From the sequence record SRR22947725_4797: a stretch of DNA of 36,840 nucleotides. One strand, 5' to 3'. This document shows positions 1-10,187 of the stretch, one piece after another. Numbering within the stretch: position 1 is the stretch's first letter; the number at the start of each line of letters is the position of its first letter. The position numbers were made by a program, and so were the translations under genes. Under the pieces are notes generated by a model that saw nothing but the letters and a program-made list of their open reading frames with translations, was not told the origin of the DNA and did not search any database.

Positions 1-777
1 CCCGTACAGTCCAGACCGGACCTCAAAGAAGCCGCTCACAAACGTCTGGATGCAAAGAATTCTAGAAAGGCTAATTTAGCTGGTTTCATATCGGGAATGG
101 ATGCGGTCCTTGGAAGACTCATTGATTCAATCGAAGACCCAAATGGGGATGGGGATAAAGGCGATAGCATCGCTCAGGACACCCTGATCATTTTCACCTC
201 AGACAATGGAGGCACCCATGGTGACAACCTTCCTTTGCGTGGCGTAAAAGGAATGTTTACCGAAGGTGGCATACGTATTCCTCTGATTGCCTATTGGCCT
301 GGTATCATTCCAGCAAACACGGTTAGCGACAGGATGGTTCACGGAATCGATTTTTACCCCACTCTCCTTGAACTTGCAGGAAATACATGGCTTCCACCCG
401 CTAAAAAGCATCCATTAGATGGAGAATCTTTTGCTAAATTTCTTCGTAACCCAAAACTTTCAGATAAACGATCTCCCATCTTTTATTTGTTTCCCGGATA
501 CATGGATGTGCGAGCTCAACCCTGCGTTGTCATAATTGATGAAATCGAAAATAAACGCTACAAGCTACTTTATTACTACGAAGCAAATTCGTGGGAACTT
601 TATAACCTTACGGATGATATTGGAGAAGACAGAAACATAATCAAAAAGCATCCAAAGATCGCCTCCAACCTATCGAATAAAATTCAAGACTGGCTCGGGC
701 AGAAGCATCCAACTTGGAAACCAAAATTTCCACTTTCTAAAAAAGACGGTAAACCGGTTCTTCCCAAGTTCCTGTAA
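1..777 (+). CDS. S1 sulfatase, C-terminal part (5' end outside window)
   Basis: The frame is open back to base 1 (PVQSRPDL...GFISGMDA). Motifs IIFTSDNGG, PLRGVKG, EGGIRIPLI, DFYPTLLELAG and ELYNLTDDIGE are typical of the sulfatase C-terminal half. Confidence 0.93.
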   Translation, partial: PVQSRPDLKEAAHKRLDAKNSRKANLAGFISGMDAVLGRLIDSIEDPNGDGDKGDSIAQDTLIIFTSDNGGTHGDNLPLRGVKGMFTEGGIRIPLIAYWPGIIPANTVSDRMVHGIDFYPTLLELAGNTWLPPAKKHPLDGESFAKFLRNPKLSDKRSPIFYLFPGYMDVRAQPCVVIIDEIENKRYKLLYYYEANSWELYNLTDDIGEDRNIIKKHPKIASNLSNKIQDWLGQKHPTWKPKFPLSKKDGKPVLPKFL

Positions 778-825
778 GCAAAAAATTTTCCTGTTAAATT
801 AGTAATGCAACAGGAGATTGATTAT

Positions 826-2322
826 ATGAACAAAATAAACTTCATAATTCTTCTGCTTGTTGCGATGGTGTCCACAAGCACAGCTGAAGATCGTCCCAAT
901 ATTCTCTGGTTTGTAATTGATGATATGTCCGCCAATTTCTCCTGCTATGGAGAAAAAGCGATCGAAACCCCCAATGTGGATAAACTGGCAGAACAGGGTG
1001 TTCTTTTTACCAAAGCCTATGCCACCTCCCCCGTATGCTCCACTTTTCGATCCTCTCTGATTACCGGAATGTATCAAAATTCAATCGGGGCTCATCATCA
1101 CAGGAGTGGCAGAGGAAAAAATAACATTCAACTACCTGATGGAGTGAGACCCATTCCTGCAATTTTTCAAGAAGCAGGATATTTTACATGCATTGGCAGT
1201 GGACTGAAAAATTTCGATTTCAGAAGCCTGCCCTCGAAAACCGGAAGAAAGGGAAAGACAGACTATAATTTCGATTGGGATACTAAGATATATGACAGTC
1301 ATGACTGGTCGAAAAGGAATGGTAATCAGCCCTTTTTCATGCAGGTCCAATTACACGGGGGGAAAATACGGGGAGCCGCCGAAAAACACTATGAAATCCT
1401 TGAAAAAAGAATGATAAACCAATTTGGACTTCAACCCACTTCCCACGATTTGGTTGAACTGCCACCCTATTATCCAAATGATTCTGTTTTCCTCAGAGAC
1501 TGGGCAACTTATCTCGATACAGTTAGAATAACCGACTGGCATGTTGGCCAAGTGATCGAAAGGCTCAAAAGAGAAGGTATTATCGAGAATACCTTGATCA
1601 TATTTTTCACAGACCATGGCATAAGCCATGCACGCGGGAAACAATTTCTCTACGACGAAGGTACTCACATTCCACTTGTGATAAAAGGGCCAGGCGCCCC
1701 GAAAGGGAAAAAAAGGAACGATTTGATTGAGCATATTGATATTGCTGCGCTTTCGCTAGCAGCAGCTGGAATTAAAATACCCGCGAAAATGGAAGGCCAA
1801 GATATTCTTTCATCAAAGCAACAGCCAAAAAAATTCATCTTTGCCGCCCGTGACCGTTGTGGAGAAGCTGCGGATCAAATTCGTTCGGTGCGTTGCAAAG
1901 ATTTCCTCTATATAAAAAACTTTTTTCCAGAAAGACCCCATCTCATGCCGAGTAATTATAAGGACTCTAAATTAATCATTAAGCGACTTCGTGACCTTCA
2001 TGCTAAAGGAAAAACAAATACCCTGACCAATAAACTATTGTTCTCCCCTACCCGTCCAAGAGAAGAACTTTATCTTTACAATCATGATCAATGGCAGACT
2101 AAGAATCTAGCGGAAAACAAAAAGCACGAAAAAACACTTACCGAACTAAGAAAAAACCTCGCACAATGGATCATACAAACTGGAGATCCCGGACCTGAAA
2201 CACTCGATGTTTATATTCTTGAAACTGAAGATCAAATGAGTTCAACCGGAAACAAGGTTTCGAGAGAAAATTACCGAAAGAATTCTGAAATTTATAAAAA
2301 ATGGTTTAAAGATGGAAAATAG
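826..2322 (+). CDS. Secreted S1 sulfatase, sulfamidase-like type
   Basis: Signal-peptide-like N-terminus, PNILWFVIDD, active-site CSTFRSSLITG, FFTDHG, YDEGTHIPL, AARDRC. Start placed at ATG 826 because AGGAG lies at 812-816; the ORF track starts at 805. Confidence 0.92.
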   Translation: MNKINFIILLLVAMVSTSTAEDRPNILWFVIDDMSANFSCYGEKAIETPNVDKLAEQGVLFTKAYATSPVCSTFRSSLITGMYQNSIGAHHHRSGRGKNNIQLPDGVRPIPAIFQEAGYFTCIGSGLKNFDFRSLPSKTGRKGKTDYNFDWDTKIYDSHDWSKRNGNQPFFMQVQLHGGKIRGAAEKHYEILEKRMINQFGLQPTSHDLVELPPYYPNDSVFLRDWATYLDTVRITDWHVGQVIERLKREGIIENTLIIFFTDHGISHARGKQFLYDEGTHIPLVIKGPGAPKGKKRNDLIEHIDIAALSLAAAGIKIPAKMEGQDILSSKQQPKKFIFAARDRCGEAADQIRSVRCKDFLYIKNFFPERPHLMPSNYKDSKLIIKRLRDLHAKGKTNTLTNKLLFSPTRPREELYLYNHDQWQTKNLAENKKHEKTLTELRKNLAQWIIQTGDPGPETLDVYILETEDQMSSTGNKVSRENYRKNSEIYKKWFKDGK

Positions 2323-2561
2323 CTCAAATCTTGACAGAGATGAGCATCTTTCAGTTTTAATAGGTTTAATGCATTTTAAAGAAGTCAATGCAGGATAGGT
2401 ACTAGCTCTAAATTTTTGTTCACTCTAGTTCCGCATTTCCATTTCAGATCATATATCTCGACTTGTTTCCCAACAAATCGGAAGTTTCTCATTAGCCCTT
2501 TTCCAAAATCGGTAAAATATAATTGAGATTAATCTGTAAAATCTTCACTTATATCTCCGAC

Positions 2562-3044
2562 ATGATTCTAAACCTTTTACCGATATTTCTCCTTGTTTTC
2601 TGGTTATATTATGGCTTCACAAATGACCTAGATGAAATTCTACTCTATCCTCCCATTTTTTTATTAATACCCTATTTCTTCTTAGTTACGAAAATCAGAA
2701 GTATTTGGGTTATGAAGAAAATCTCCCCTTTTGATACTCCAATTACAAATGGTCATATTGAGCGGGGTTTGAACTCAACCTTCGCCATTATAGCAGAAAG
2801 AGATAAAGGAGCATATAAGCTTTATTACAATGGAAATAAAAAAAACCAGGGCATCGTTTCAGTACAAAGTTTTTTATCCGAAAATACCAAACAAGCCAAA
2901 GACAATTTACTTTATATTCAATTAAAACTCGAAAAAGAACTAATTTCTTATGCTCCATACAAAGGAGCAACGATATGGGGACAGGCCGAATATGCACAGA
3001 ATATCTTAGATGATATGATCGCAAATGGAGTAGAGACCCACTAA
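2562..3044 (+). CDS. Hypothetical membrane protein with two N-terminal hydrophobic segments
   Basis: AT-rich ORF (TTG 2523 or ATG 2562). Hydrophobic stretches LLPIFLLVFWLYYGF and ILLYPPIFLLIPYFFLV, then a soluble tail. No family recognised. Confidence 0.55.
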   Translation: MILNLLPIFLLVFWLYYGFTNDLDEILLYPPIFLLIPYFFLVTKIRSIWVMKKISPFDTPITNGHIERGLNSTFAIIAERDKGAYKLYYNGNKKNQGIVSVQSFLSENTKQAKDNLLYIQLKLEKELISYAPYKGATIWGQAEYAQNILDDMIANGVETH

Positions 3045-3203
3045 GCAAGTCCTTGTTTTATTTCTAATGTTCAAATTTCTTGTCAGAAATGAGTATCCAT
3101 AAATATTATTAGATTTATCACATTTTTTCCGAAACAATTTGAATTGCTATGTCATTACTATTGTAAAAATTTTAAATTTCAACCCACTGCTCCCTCCATA
3201 TAA

Positions 3204-3848
3204 ATGAAAATCACACAGGACTCTCCAACCTATTTAGAATGTAAAAAGTCAGCTCTCTTCGGCTACATTTTATCAATCGTTTTAATGATTGGAGGCCTAG
3301 TTGGAGCGATCATTATGTTTATGAAAAGCTCCTCTCAGTGGTGGATTGGTCTAATTGCCCTAGCGATCGGCATCCTAATATTATTTCTTACCAAATCCAT
3401 TACCCTAATTGCAGATGGAAACATAAAGCAGGTTAAGATTGCCACTAAATCTCTGCTTGGGGCGAGTGATAATGCTTATGCATTTAATGACATCAAAGAA
3501 ATCGTCATCGAAGAGGACAGACAATACGAACGGGACTCAGATGGTGATCGTAAAGATAAAACCAGTTTTGTCCTTATTTTTAACTTCCATAATGGATATC
3601 AGGAAGCCCTCAATTTGACCCCTGGCTCATCTTCGAATATCGCTGTAAACGGGGTAAATATGAGCCGCTTCTCGCAAAACAACGCAGTAATGAATATTGG
3701 ACAAAGACTTTCAGAAGTAATTGGTGTTCCATTTAACCACAAACGGCGTGGAGATATGGATCTTGGGGATATGGTCAACTCGGTTGGTGAAGTGGTGCGT
3801 CAAGTGAAACAAGCTTCACAGGACGATCAAAATAGACCCCAGGTTTGA
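3204..3848 (+). CDS. Hypothetical membrane protein (two TM helices plus beta-rich soluble domain)
   Basis: 214-aa ORF. TM-like ALFGYILSIVLMIGGLVGAIIMF and WWIGLIALAIGILILFL, followed by beta-strand-like segments (YAFNDIKEIVIEE, FVLIFNF). Confidence 0.8.
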   Translation: MKITQDSPTYLECKKSALFGYILSIVLMIGGLVGAIIMFMKSSSQWWIGLIALAIGILILFLTKSITLIADGNIKQVKIATKSLLGASDNAYAFNDIKEIVIEEDRQYERDSDGDRKDKTSFVLIFNFHNGYQEALNLTPGSSSNIAVNGVNMSRFSQNNAVMNIGQRLSEVIGVPFNHKRRGDMDLGDMVNSVGEVVRQVKQASQDDQNRPQV

Positions 3849-3995
3849 TTCTCATTTCATAATCCCTTCCTTTAGGTTAAGGCGATACCCTAACTTTTGA
3901 TTTTAGCTTTAAGGGTTCTTTTTAGTTGGGTTATCCGGTGCGATTTGATTCCTTTGAGGATGAAAATCCTCTTTTCGTCCAAACCCTTCAGCCCT

Positions 3996-5534
3996 ATGTT
4001 TAAATTTTTGTATAAACTGCTTTATTTTAAATTATGCCTATTCCCGTTCATGCTCTTAAGTGCGGAAGGCAAAAGAAAACCAAATATCATATTTCTACTT
4101 TCCGATGACCAGAGTACATACTCTCTTGGCTGCTACGGGAACAAAGATGTAAAGAGCCCTGAACTTGACCGCTTGGCCGATGACGGCATGGTCTTCGACA
4201 GACACTACGATACGACAGCCATTTGTATGGCATCCAGAGCCTCTGTCATGACCGGGATGTTTGAATACAAACATGGCACCAATTTCAATCATGGTGACAT
4301 GCTAGTTAAAACTTGGGAAAAGACCTACCCGGTAATATTACGAAAGCATGGATATCGAACTGCCTTTGCCGGGAAGTTTGGATTCGATCTTAGGGAAGGG
4401 CCCAATGGGAAAAGACTGCCCTTGCCCGAAAAAGATTTCGATAAGTGGGGTGGTGGTCCGGGGCAGACGAATTATTCCACAGCAAAGAATGAATCGATGA
4501 AGCATTATGCAAAGGACTACCCTCACTCTACACGGTCTTATGGTGCCTTTGGTCGCGACTTCATTCGCGAATCCACCAAATCGGACAAGCCCTTTTGCCT
4601 ATCAATAAGTTTTAAAGCCCCCCACAAACCTGCCACACCTGATCCCATTGACAATCATGTCTACGCAGGAAAAACTTTTAAAAGACCGGTAAATTATGGA
4701 CGAAAATATGGGGAGCATTTCTCCAAGCAAAGTAAGCAGGATCGACAATACGAGCGTTTTCATTCCTGGAACTATTCAGACAATTACGATGATGTGATGG
4801 CAACTTATCATCAACAAATCTACGCGATTGATGTGGCGGTAGGCATGATTAGGAAAGCCTTAAAGGAAAGTGGTACCGAAAAAAATACCGTTATTATTTA
4901 CACATCTGACAATGGTTTCTTCTGTGGTTCCCATGGGTACGGTTCCAAAGTATTGCCTTACGAGGAATCAAGCCGTGTTCCTCTCGTGATTTATGACCCA
5001 CGCCATCAAAATTCAGGAAAAAAGATTAGGTCTTCTGCACTTACCGGAAATGTTGACTTCGCCCCAACGATTCTCAAGTTAGCGGGTTTACCTGTCCCTG
5101 AAAACATGGATGGAAAAGATTTAATGACAGTCTATGATAATCCAAAATCCTCTCTTCATAAAGCTCTTCCCTTAATCAATGTTTGGGGAAAAGCACCCAC
5201 TCATTGCCTGGGAGTAGTGACAGAAAAAATGAAGTATCTTTATTGGGGATATGCAGCAGAAGGATTTGAAGTAACCGAAGAATTATACGATTTGGAAAAA
5301 GATCCGTTGGAACTTACCAATCTTGCCCAAAACCCAAGTGACTTAAAAAGCATCCCAAAAATGCAGAGACTCTATGACCAGCAATTGAAAAACTGGAAAA
5401 AGCAAGCGGTATCTTACAATGATTATCAGAGGTTCGGAGAATTATTCAGCCGGCATCAACCATGGGAAAAAAGAATGAAATTTTTATCTGTCAAAAAACT
5501 GACAAAGACCCAAGAAAAAAAGAAAAAGAAGTAA
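3996..5534 (+). CDS. Secreted S1 sulfatase
   Basis: [10 protein letters not shown], active-site [38 protein letters not shown]. Start most likely ATG 3996 (or 3960) given the signal-peptide-like segment. Confidence 0.93.
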   Translation: MFKFLYKLLYFKLCLFPFMLLSAEGKRKPNIIFLLSDDQSTYSLGCYGNKDVKSPELDRLADDGMVFDRHYDTTAICMASRASVMTGMFEYKHGTNFNHGDMLVKTWEKTYPVILRKHGYRTAFAGKFGFDLREGPNGKRLPLPEKDFDKWGGGPGQTNYSTAKNESMKHYAKDYPHSTRSYGAFGRDFIRESTKSDKPFCLSISFKAPHKPATPDPIDNHVYAGKTFKRPVNYGRKYGEHFSKQSKQDRQYERFHSWNYSDNYDDVMATYHQQIYAIDVAVGMIRKALKESGTEKNTVIIYTSDNGFFCGSHGYGSKVLPYEESSRVPLVIYDPRHQNSGKKIRSSALTGNVDFAPTILKLAGLPVPENMDGKDLMTVYDNPKSSLHKALPLINVWGKAPTHCLGVVTEKMKYLYWGYAAEGFEVTEELYDLEKDPLELTNLAQNPSDLKSIPKMQRLYDQQLKNWKKQAVSYNDYQRFGELFSRHQPWEKRMKFLSVKKLTKTQEKKKKK

Positions 5535-5538
5535 ACGG

Positions 5539-6984
5539 ATGCCAATGAGCAATAAAATAGTCCATCTAACATGGATAATTCCATCCATGCTTATGGTTTT
5601 TACAACAAAGGCCAAGCAGCCAAACATCATTTATCTCATGCTCGACGAGTGGGGATATTTTGAGTCAGGACACATGGGCAGTTCTGAACTGATAACCCCA
5701 AATATCGATCAATTTGCCGCTGATGGCATGCGTTTCACCAACGCTTACGCAGGAGCTCCAGTCTGTGGTCCCACCCGTTGCTCCTTACTCACGGGTCTGC
5801 ATGCCGGAAACATGTCCATGCGGGTAAACAACGGACACTCCCCCATCCGGGCAGATGAACCGACTGTGGCAAGTATGCTCAAAGCCAAAGGGTATGCCAC
5901 CGGGGGATTTGGGAAATGGGGAATTGGCGGCCGTGGAACAACCGGCGTTCCAGAGAAGCACGGTTTTGATGAATTTTTCGGATACTATGATCAGGTGCAT
6001 GCCCATACATTTTATCCAAGTTACCTAATCAGAAACAGTGAGGAAGTTCCCCTGCCCGGTAATTCCGGGAAGAGCTTTTACGAGGGAAAGACTCATGCCC
6101 AGTTGGAAATCTTTAAGGAATCAATCGCCTTCATTCAAAAACACAAAGAGGAACCTTTTTTCTGCTACCTTCCCTGGACGCCCCCACATGGATTATGGGG
6201 TATCGACAAGGATGATCCATCATGGAAGCTCTTCAAAGATAAACCATGGACTGCCGGACAGCGTACCAACAAAGATGCGAAAATCTATGCTGCATTCATG
6301 CATATGGTGGACCAGCAACTTGGAGAAATCATCAAATTACTGAAAAAACTGAAGCTGGATGACAATACCATTTTCTTACTCAGTGGAGACAATGGTGGAC
6401 AGGCTTACTTTGCTACGAAAGATCGACCCCATGGCTTTTTTGCTCCTAACCTAAACCCGGAAACTGGTAAAAGATTTCGTGCGGGCAAAGGCTACCTCTA
6501 TGAGGGCGGACTCAAAATTCCATACCTTGTACGTTGGTCAGGGAAAATTAAACCAGGCTCGGTATCTGATCACTTATTTTATCATCCCGATGTTATGCCT
6601 ACCCTTGCTGAACTTACAAATGCTGAATGCCCAAAAACCGATGGTATTTCTTTTTTACCCACTCTTCTTAGCACGGGAAAACAGGAAAATCATTCACACA
6701 TGTACTGGGAACTGGGGAGACAAAGGGCACTTCGAAAAGGTGACTGGAAAGCGTACCGCGATAAAAAAGGAAACTGGGAACTTTATGATTTATCGACTGA
6801 TATTGAAGAGCAAATGGATCTGGCTGATAAAGAAGGAAATATACTTCAGGATCTAATCGCTCTTGCTGAATCCTCTCATCAACCGGCCCGTCTGGGAAAA
6901 ATTCTTAATCAAGCACTGGTTGATAAAGACCGGAGAGAAGCACCCCATGAACGAAATTTGCAATTTAAGAAATCCAAAAAATAG
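5539..6984 (+). CDS. Secreted S1 arylsulfatase-type enzyme
   Basis: PNIIYLMLDEWGY, CGPTRCSLLTG, GFGKWG, YYDQVHAHTFYP, SGDNGG, LYEGGLKIP. Start is ATG 5539 or 5545. Confidence 0.93.
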   Translation: MPMSNKIVHLTWIIPSMLMVFTTKAKQPNIIYLMLDEWGYFESGHMGSSELITPNIDQFAADGMRFTNAYAGAPVCGPTRCSLLTGLHAGNMSMRVNNGHSPIRADEPTVASMLKAKGYATGGFGKWGIGGRGTTGVPEKHGFDEFFGYYDQVHAHTFYPSYLIRNSEEVPLPGNSGKSFYEGKTHAQLEIFKESIAFIQKHKEEPFFCYLPWTPPHGLWGIDKDDPSWKLFKDKPWTAGQRTNKDAKIYAAFMHMVDQQLGEIIKLLKKLKLDDNTIFLLSGDNGGQAYFATKDRPHGFFAPNLNPETGKRFRAGKGYLYEGGLKIPYLVRWSGKIKPGSVSDHLFYHPDVMPTLAELTNAECPKTDGISFLPTLLSTGKQENHSHMYWELGRQRALRKGDWKAYRDKKGNWELYDLSTDIEEQMDLADKEGNILQDLIALAESSHQPARLGKILNQALVDKDRREAPHERNLQFKKSKK

Positions 6985-6997
6985 TCTGCCAGTAGTA

Positions 6998-8413
6998 ATG
7001 AAATTTTATATCACCATCTTTCTTCCTCTCACATTTTGGTTATCAGTATTTGCTGAAAGACCTAATGTCTTGGTCTTCCTCGTGGATGATCTTGGCTATA
7101 TGGATATCGGGGCAAATAATCCTGATTGTTTCTACGAAACTCCTCATATCGATAAATTGGCTTCCACCGGTATGCGCTTCACCGATGGGTACGCCGCAAA
7201 TCCAGTCTGCTCCCCTACTCGCTACAGCTTAATGACCGGGAAATATCCAACCCGGGTAAAGGCGACTAATTTCTTTTCCGGCAAACGGTCTGGCAAATTC
7301 AACTCCGCCCCCTTGTATGACAAAATGGATTTGGATGAAATAACCCTTGCCGAAGTACTGAAAGATCTAGAGTACAAGACCTTTTTTGCCGGTAAATGGC
7401 ATTTGGGTCCCAGCAAGGAATGGTGGCCCAAAGCACAGGGCTTCGATATCAACATGGGCGGATGGGCAAGAGGTGGCCCTTATACAGGAAAGAAATATTT
7501 TTCTCCTTTCAAAAACCCGGAACTTCACCCTGATAGTCCGGAAGGAGAACATTTACCAAACCGACTTGCGGATGAAACCGCAAAATTCATTAATCAGAAT
7601 AAAGACAATGCCTTTCTCGCCTACCTATCCTTTTATTCCGTCCACACACCTCTTCAGGGAAGAAAGGACTTGGTTGAAAAATATAAGAAAAAAGCCTCTA
7701 AAATCTCAGGAGAAGAATTTGGGCCACTCCATGATCGTAAAGTCCGAATTCTACAAAAGCATGCTGTCTATGCCGCAATGGTGGAAGCGATGGATGAAGC
7801 GGTGGGTAAAGTTCTCTCAGCTCTCGATGAAGCCGGGATTACAGATAACACCCTAGTCTTTTTCACCTCTGACAACGGTGGGCTTTCCACATCCGAAGGT
7901 AGCCCAACCAGCAACCTGCCTCTCCGCGGAGGCAAAGGATGGGTTTATGAGGGTGGAATTCGCGAACCCTGGATTATCCGATACCCAGGTGTAACCAAGC
8001 CCGGCTCAGTCAGTAGCGAGATGATTTGTTCCATTGATCTGCTTCCCACCATAGCATCAAGTGTGGGATCAAAAATCAAACACGATATTGATGGCATCGA
8101 TCTAACTCCAGCTTTACAGGGGAAACAATTAAATCGGGAAGCGCTTTATTGGCACTACCCTCACTATTCCAACCAAGGTGGAATTCCCGGAGGTGCGATC
8201 CGGGTAAGCGATTATAAACTCTTCGAAAACTATGAGGACGGAAAAGTGTCCCTCTATAATTTGAAAAAGGACATCGGAGAAACCAAGGACTTATCTTCCA
8301 GTGATCCAAAAAGAGTTAAAAGCATGAGAACCAAGCTACATGCCTGGTACAAAGAAGTAGATGCCAAGTTCCTCCAGCCTAAAGGAGAGTCAAGCTACCC
8401 TTGGAGACCGTAA
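6998..8413 (+). CDS. Secreted S1 sulfatase
   Basis: MKFYITIF... signal peptide at ATG 6998, PNVLVFLVDDLGY, CSPTRYSLMTG, AGKWHLG, FTSDNGG, YEGGIREP, YWHYPHY. Confidence 0.95.
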   Translation: MKFYITIFLPLTFWLSVFAERPNVLVFLVDDLGYMDIGANNPDCFYETPHIDKLASTGMRFTDGYAANPVCSPTRYSLMTGKYPTRVKATNFFSGKRSGKFNSAPLYDKMDLDEITLAEVLKDLEYKTFFAGKWHLGPSKEWWPKAQGFDINMGGWARGGPYTGKKYFSPFKNPELHPDSPEGEHLPNRLADETAKFINQNKDNAFLAYLSFYSVHTPLQGRKDLVEKYKKKASKISGEEFGPLHDRKVRILQKHAVYAAMVEAMDEAVGKVLSALDEAGITDNTLVFFTSDNGGLSTSEGSPTSNLPLRGGKGWVYEGGIREPWIIRYPGVTKPGSVSSEMICSIDLLPTIASSVGSKIKHDIDGIDLTPALQGKQLNREALYWHYPHYSNQGGIPGGAIRVSDYKLFENYEDGKVSLYNLKKDIGETKDLSSSDPKRVKSMRTKLHAWYKEVDAKFLQPKGESSYPWRP

Positions 8414-8422
8414 TCACTGACG

Positions 8423-10174
8423 ATGAAATATATATTTTCAAATATTGCAGGCTTACTTTTACTTTTCTTTTCTTCAGCATGGGCTGAAAAACCCAATGTA
8501 ATTCTCATCATGACCGATGATCAGGGTTATGGAGATCTGGGCTGTCACGGAAACCCGATTCTAAAAACTCCCAATCTGGATAAATTACACTCGGAATCCG
8601 TTCGGTTTACTGACTTTCATGTCAGCCCGTTCTGTACCCCCACCCGGGCAGCCCTAATGAGCGGAAATCATCCCGGAGTGACCGGTGCATATCGAACCAG
8701 TGCCGGGAGGACAATGATGCACCCCTCCGAAAAAACCTTGGCCCACCTCTTTGCTGAAAATGGCTACAAGACTGGAATGACCGGGAAATGGCACCTGGGA
8801 GACAATGCACCCCACCGTCCACAGGACCGTGGTTTCCAGGATACGGTCTGGCATCGATGCGGAGGAGTTGGGCAGGCATCTGACTACTGGGGAAATGATT
8901 ATTTTGATGATACTTATGAACGGGTCAGTCCGGGGAGTCGGAAGGGAACTTTTGAAAATTTTGATGGTTATTGCACGGATATATGGTTTCGCGAAGGAAT
9001 GCGTTTTATTAATCAAAATAAGGACAATCCATTCTTCTTATACATTGCCACCAATGCTCCACATGGCCCCTATCGGGTAGATCCAAAGTGGGCTGAACCC
9101 TATAAGGTTGAAGGTGTAAATAATCCTAATTTCTTTGGTATGATTGCCAATATTGATCACAACCTTGGACTTCTGCGGGATCATTTGAAAGGTTTAAAAC
9201 TGGCGGAGAACACCATTCTGATTTTCATGACCGATAATGGCACATCTGCAGGATGCAAGTTTCCAGGACTGGATACGGAGCCGACCTTGGGTTTCAACGC
9301 GGGGATGCGAGGCAAAAAATCTTCGATCTATGAAGGGGGTCACCGAGTTCCTTTCTTTCTGCACTGGCCGGCAGGTGGTTTCTCTAAAGGCCGGGATATT
9401 GAATCCCTCGCCGCACATATTGATGTCCTGCCCACCCTTGCTGATCTATGTAAACTTCCCAAGCCTGACAAAGAATATGATGTGGATGGTCGATCTCTTA
9501 CTCCCCTACTTGCAGGTAAAGCTAAATCCTGGATGCGCAATCACCTGTTTTTACAATATCATGGAGGAGCCCATCACAAATTTGCACTCGGTCCCCTTAC
9601 CAATTCAGTTGTGATGACAGAAAGATGGAGATTGGTGAATACGGATAAAGCTGAAGAACTTTACGATATCGTAAATGATCCGGCACAACGAAATAATATC
9701 GCCAGCCAAAGACCTGGATTCATTAAGGATTTACGCACAGCCTATCAGTCATTTTGGAAACGCGTTTCCCCGGGATTAAAACCAGTCGCTATCGATCTAG
9801 GAGATCCAAGTGAAAATCCCGCAGTTCTATGCTCGCAGGACTGGCGTCCGGAAACGGGTAACCCGCCATGGAACTTTTCGTCCATCAAGAAAATCCCTAA
9901 AGTGACTCACCCATGGTTGGTCAACGTACTAAAAGCCGGCAAATATCGGTTTACTCTTCGACAATGGCCGAAAGAAGCCGATAAGACCATCGCTGGCGTC
10001 AAGGCTAGGATTAAAATTGCCGGGATTGAAAAAGAAACGGTGATCAAAGATGGATCCAAGGAAATTAATTTCACTCTTACCTTACCGTCAGGAATTACTG
10101 AGCTTTGGACTTATATATATAATCAACAAGGACAAGTGGGTGGTGCCTACTTCACCGAAGTCGAAAAACTATAA
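8423..10174 (+). CDS. Secreted S1 arylsulfatase with ~120-aa C-terminal beta-rich extension
   Basis: PNVILIMTDDQGY, CTPTRAALMSG, GKWHLGD, MTDNG, YEGGHRVP. Extra domain after the catalytic domain (W...VLKAGKYRFTLRQWP...GAYFTEVEKL). Confidence 0.95.
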   Translation: MKYIFSNIAGLLLLFFSSAWAEKPNVILIMTDDQGYGDLGCHGNPILKTPNLDKLHSESVRFTDFHVSPFCTPTRAALMSGNHPGVTGAYRTSAGRTMMHPSEKTLAHLFAENGYKTGMTGKWHLGDNAPHRPQDRGFQDTVWHRCGGVGQASDYWGNDYFDDTYERVSPGSRKGTFENFDGYCTDIWFREGMRFINQNKDNPFFLYIATNAPHGPYRVDPKWAEPYKVEGVNNPNFFGMIANIDHNLGLLRDHLKGLKLAENTILIFMTDNGTSAGCKFPGLDTEPTLGFNAGMRGKKSSIYEGGHRVPFFLHWPAGGFSKGRDIESLAAHIDVLPTLADLCKLPKPDKEYDVDGRSLTPLLAGKAKSWMRNHLFLQYHGGAHHKFALGPLTNSVVMTERWRLVNTDKAEELYDIVNDPAQRNNIASQRPGFIKDLRTAYQSFWKRVSPGLKPVAIDLGDPSENPAVLCSQDWRPETGNPPWNFSSIKKIPKVTHPWLVNVLKAGKYRFTLRQWPKEADKTIAGVKARIKIAGIEKETVIKDGSKEINFTLTLPSGITELWTYIYNQQGQVGGAYFTEVEKL

Positions 10175-10187
10175 AATTTATAAAATC

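Noticed and set aside
2331-2366. Perfect TTGACA after the second sulfatase
   Set aside because: No convincing -10 hexamer at 16-18 nt spacing.
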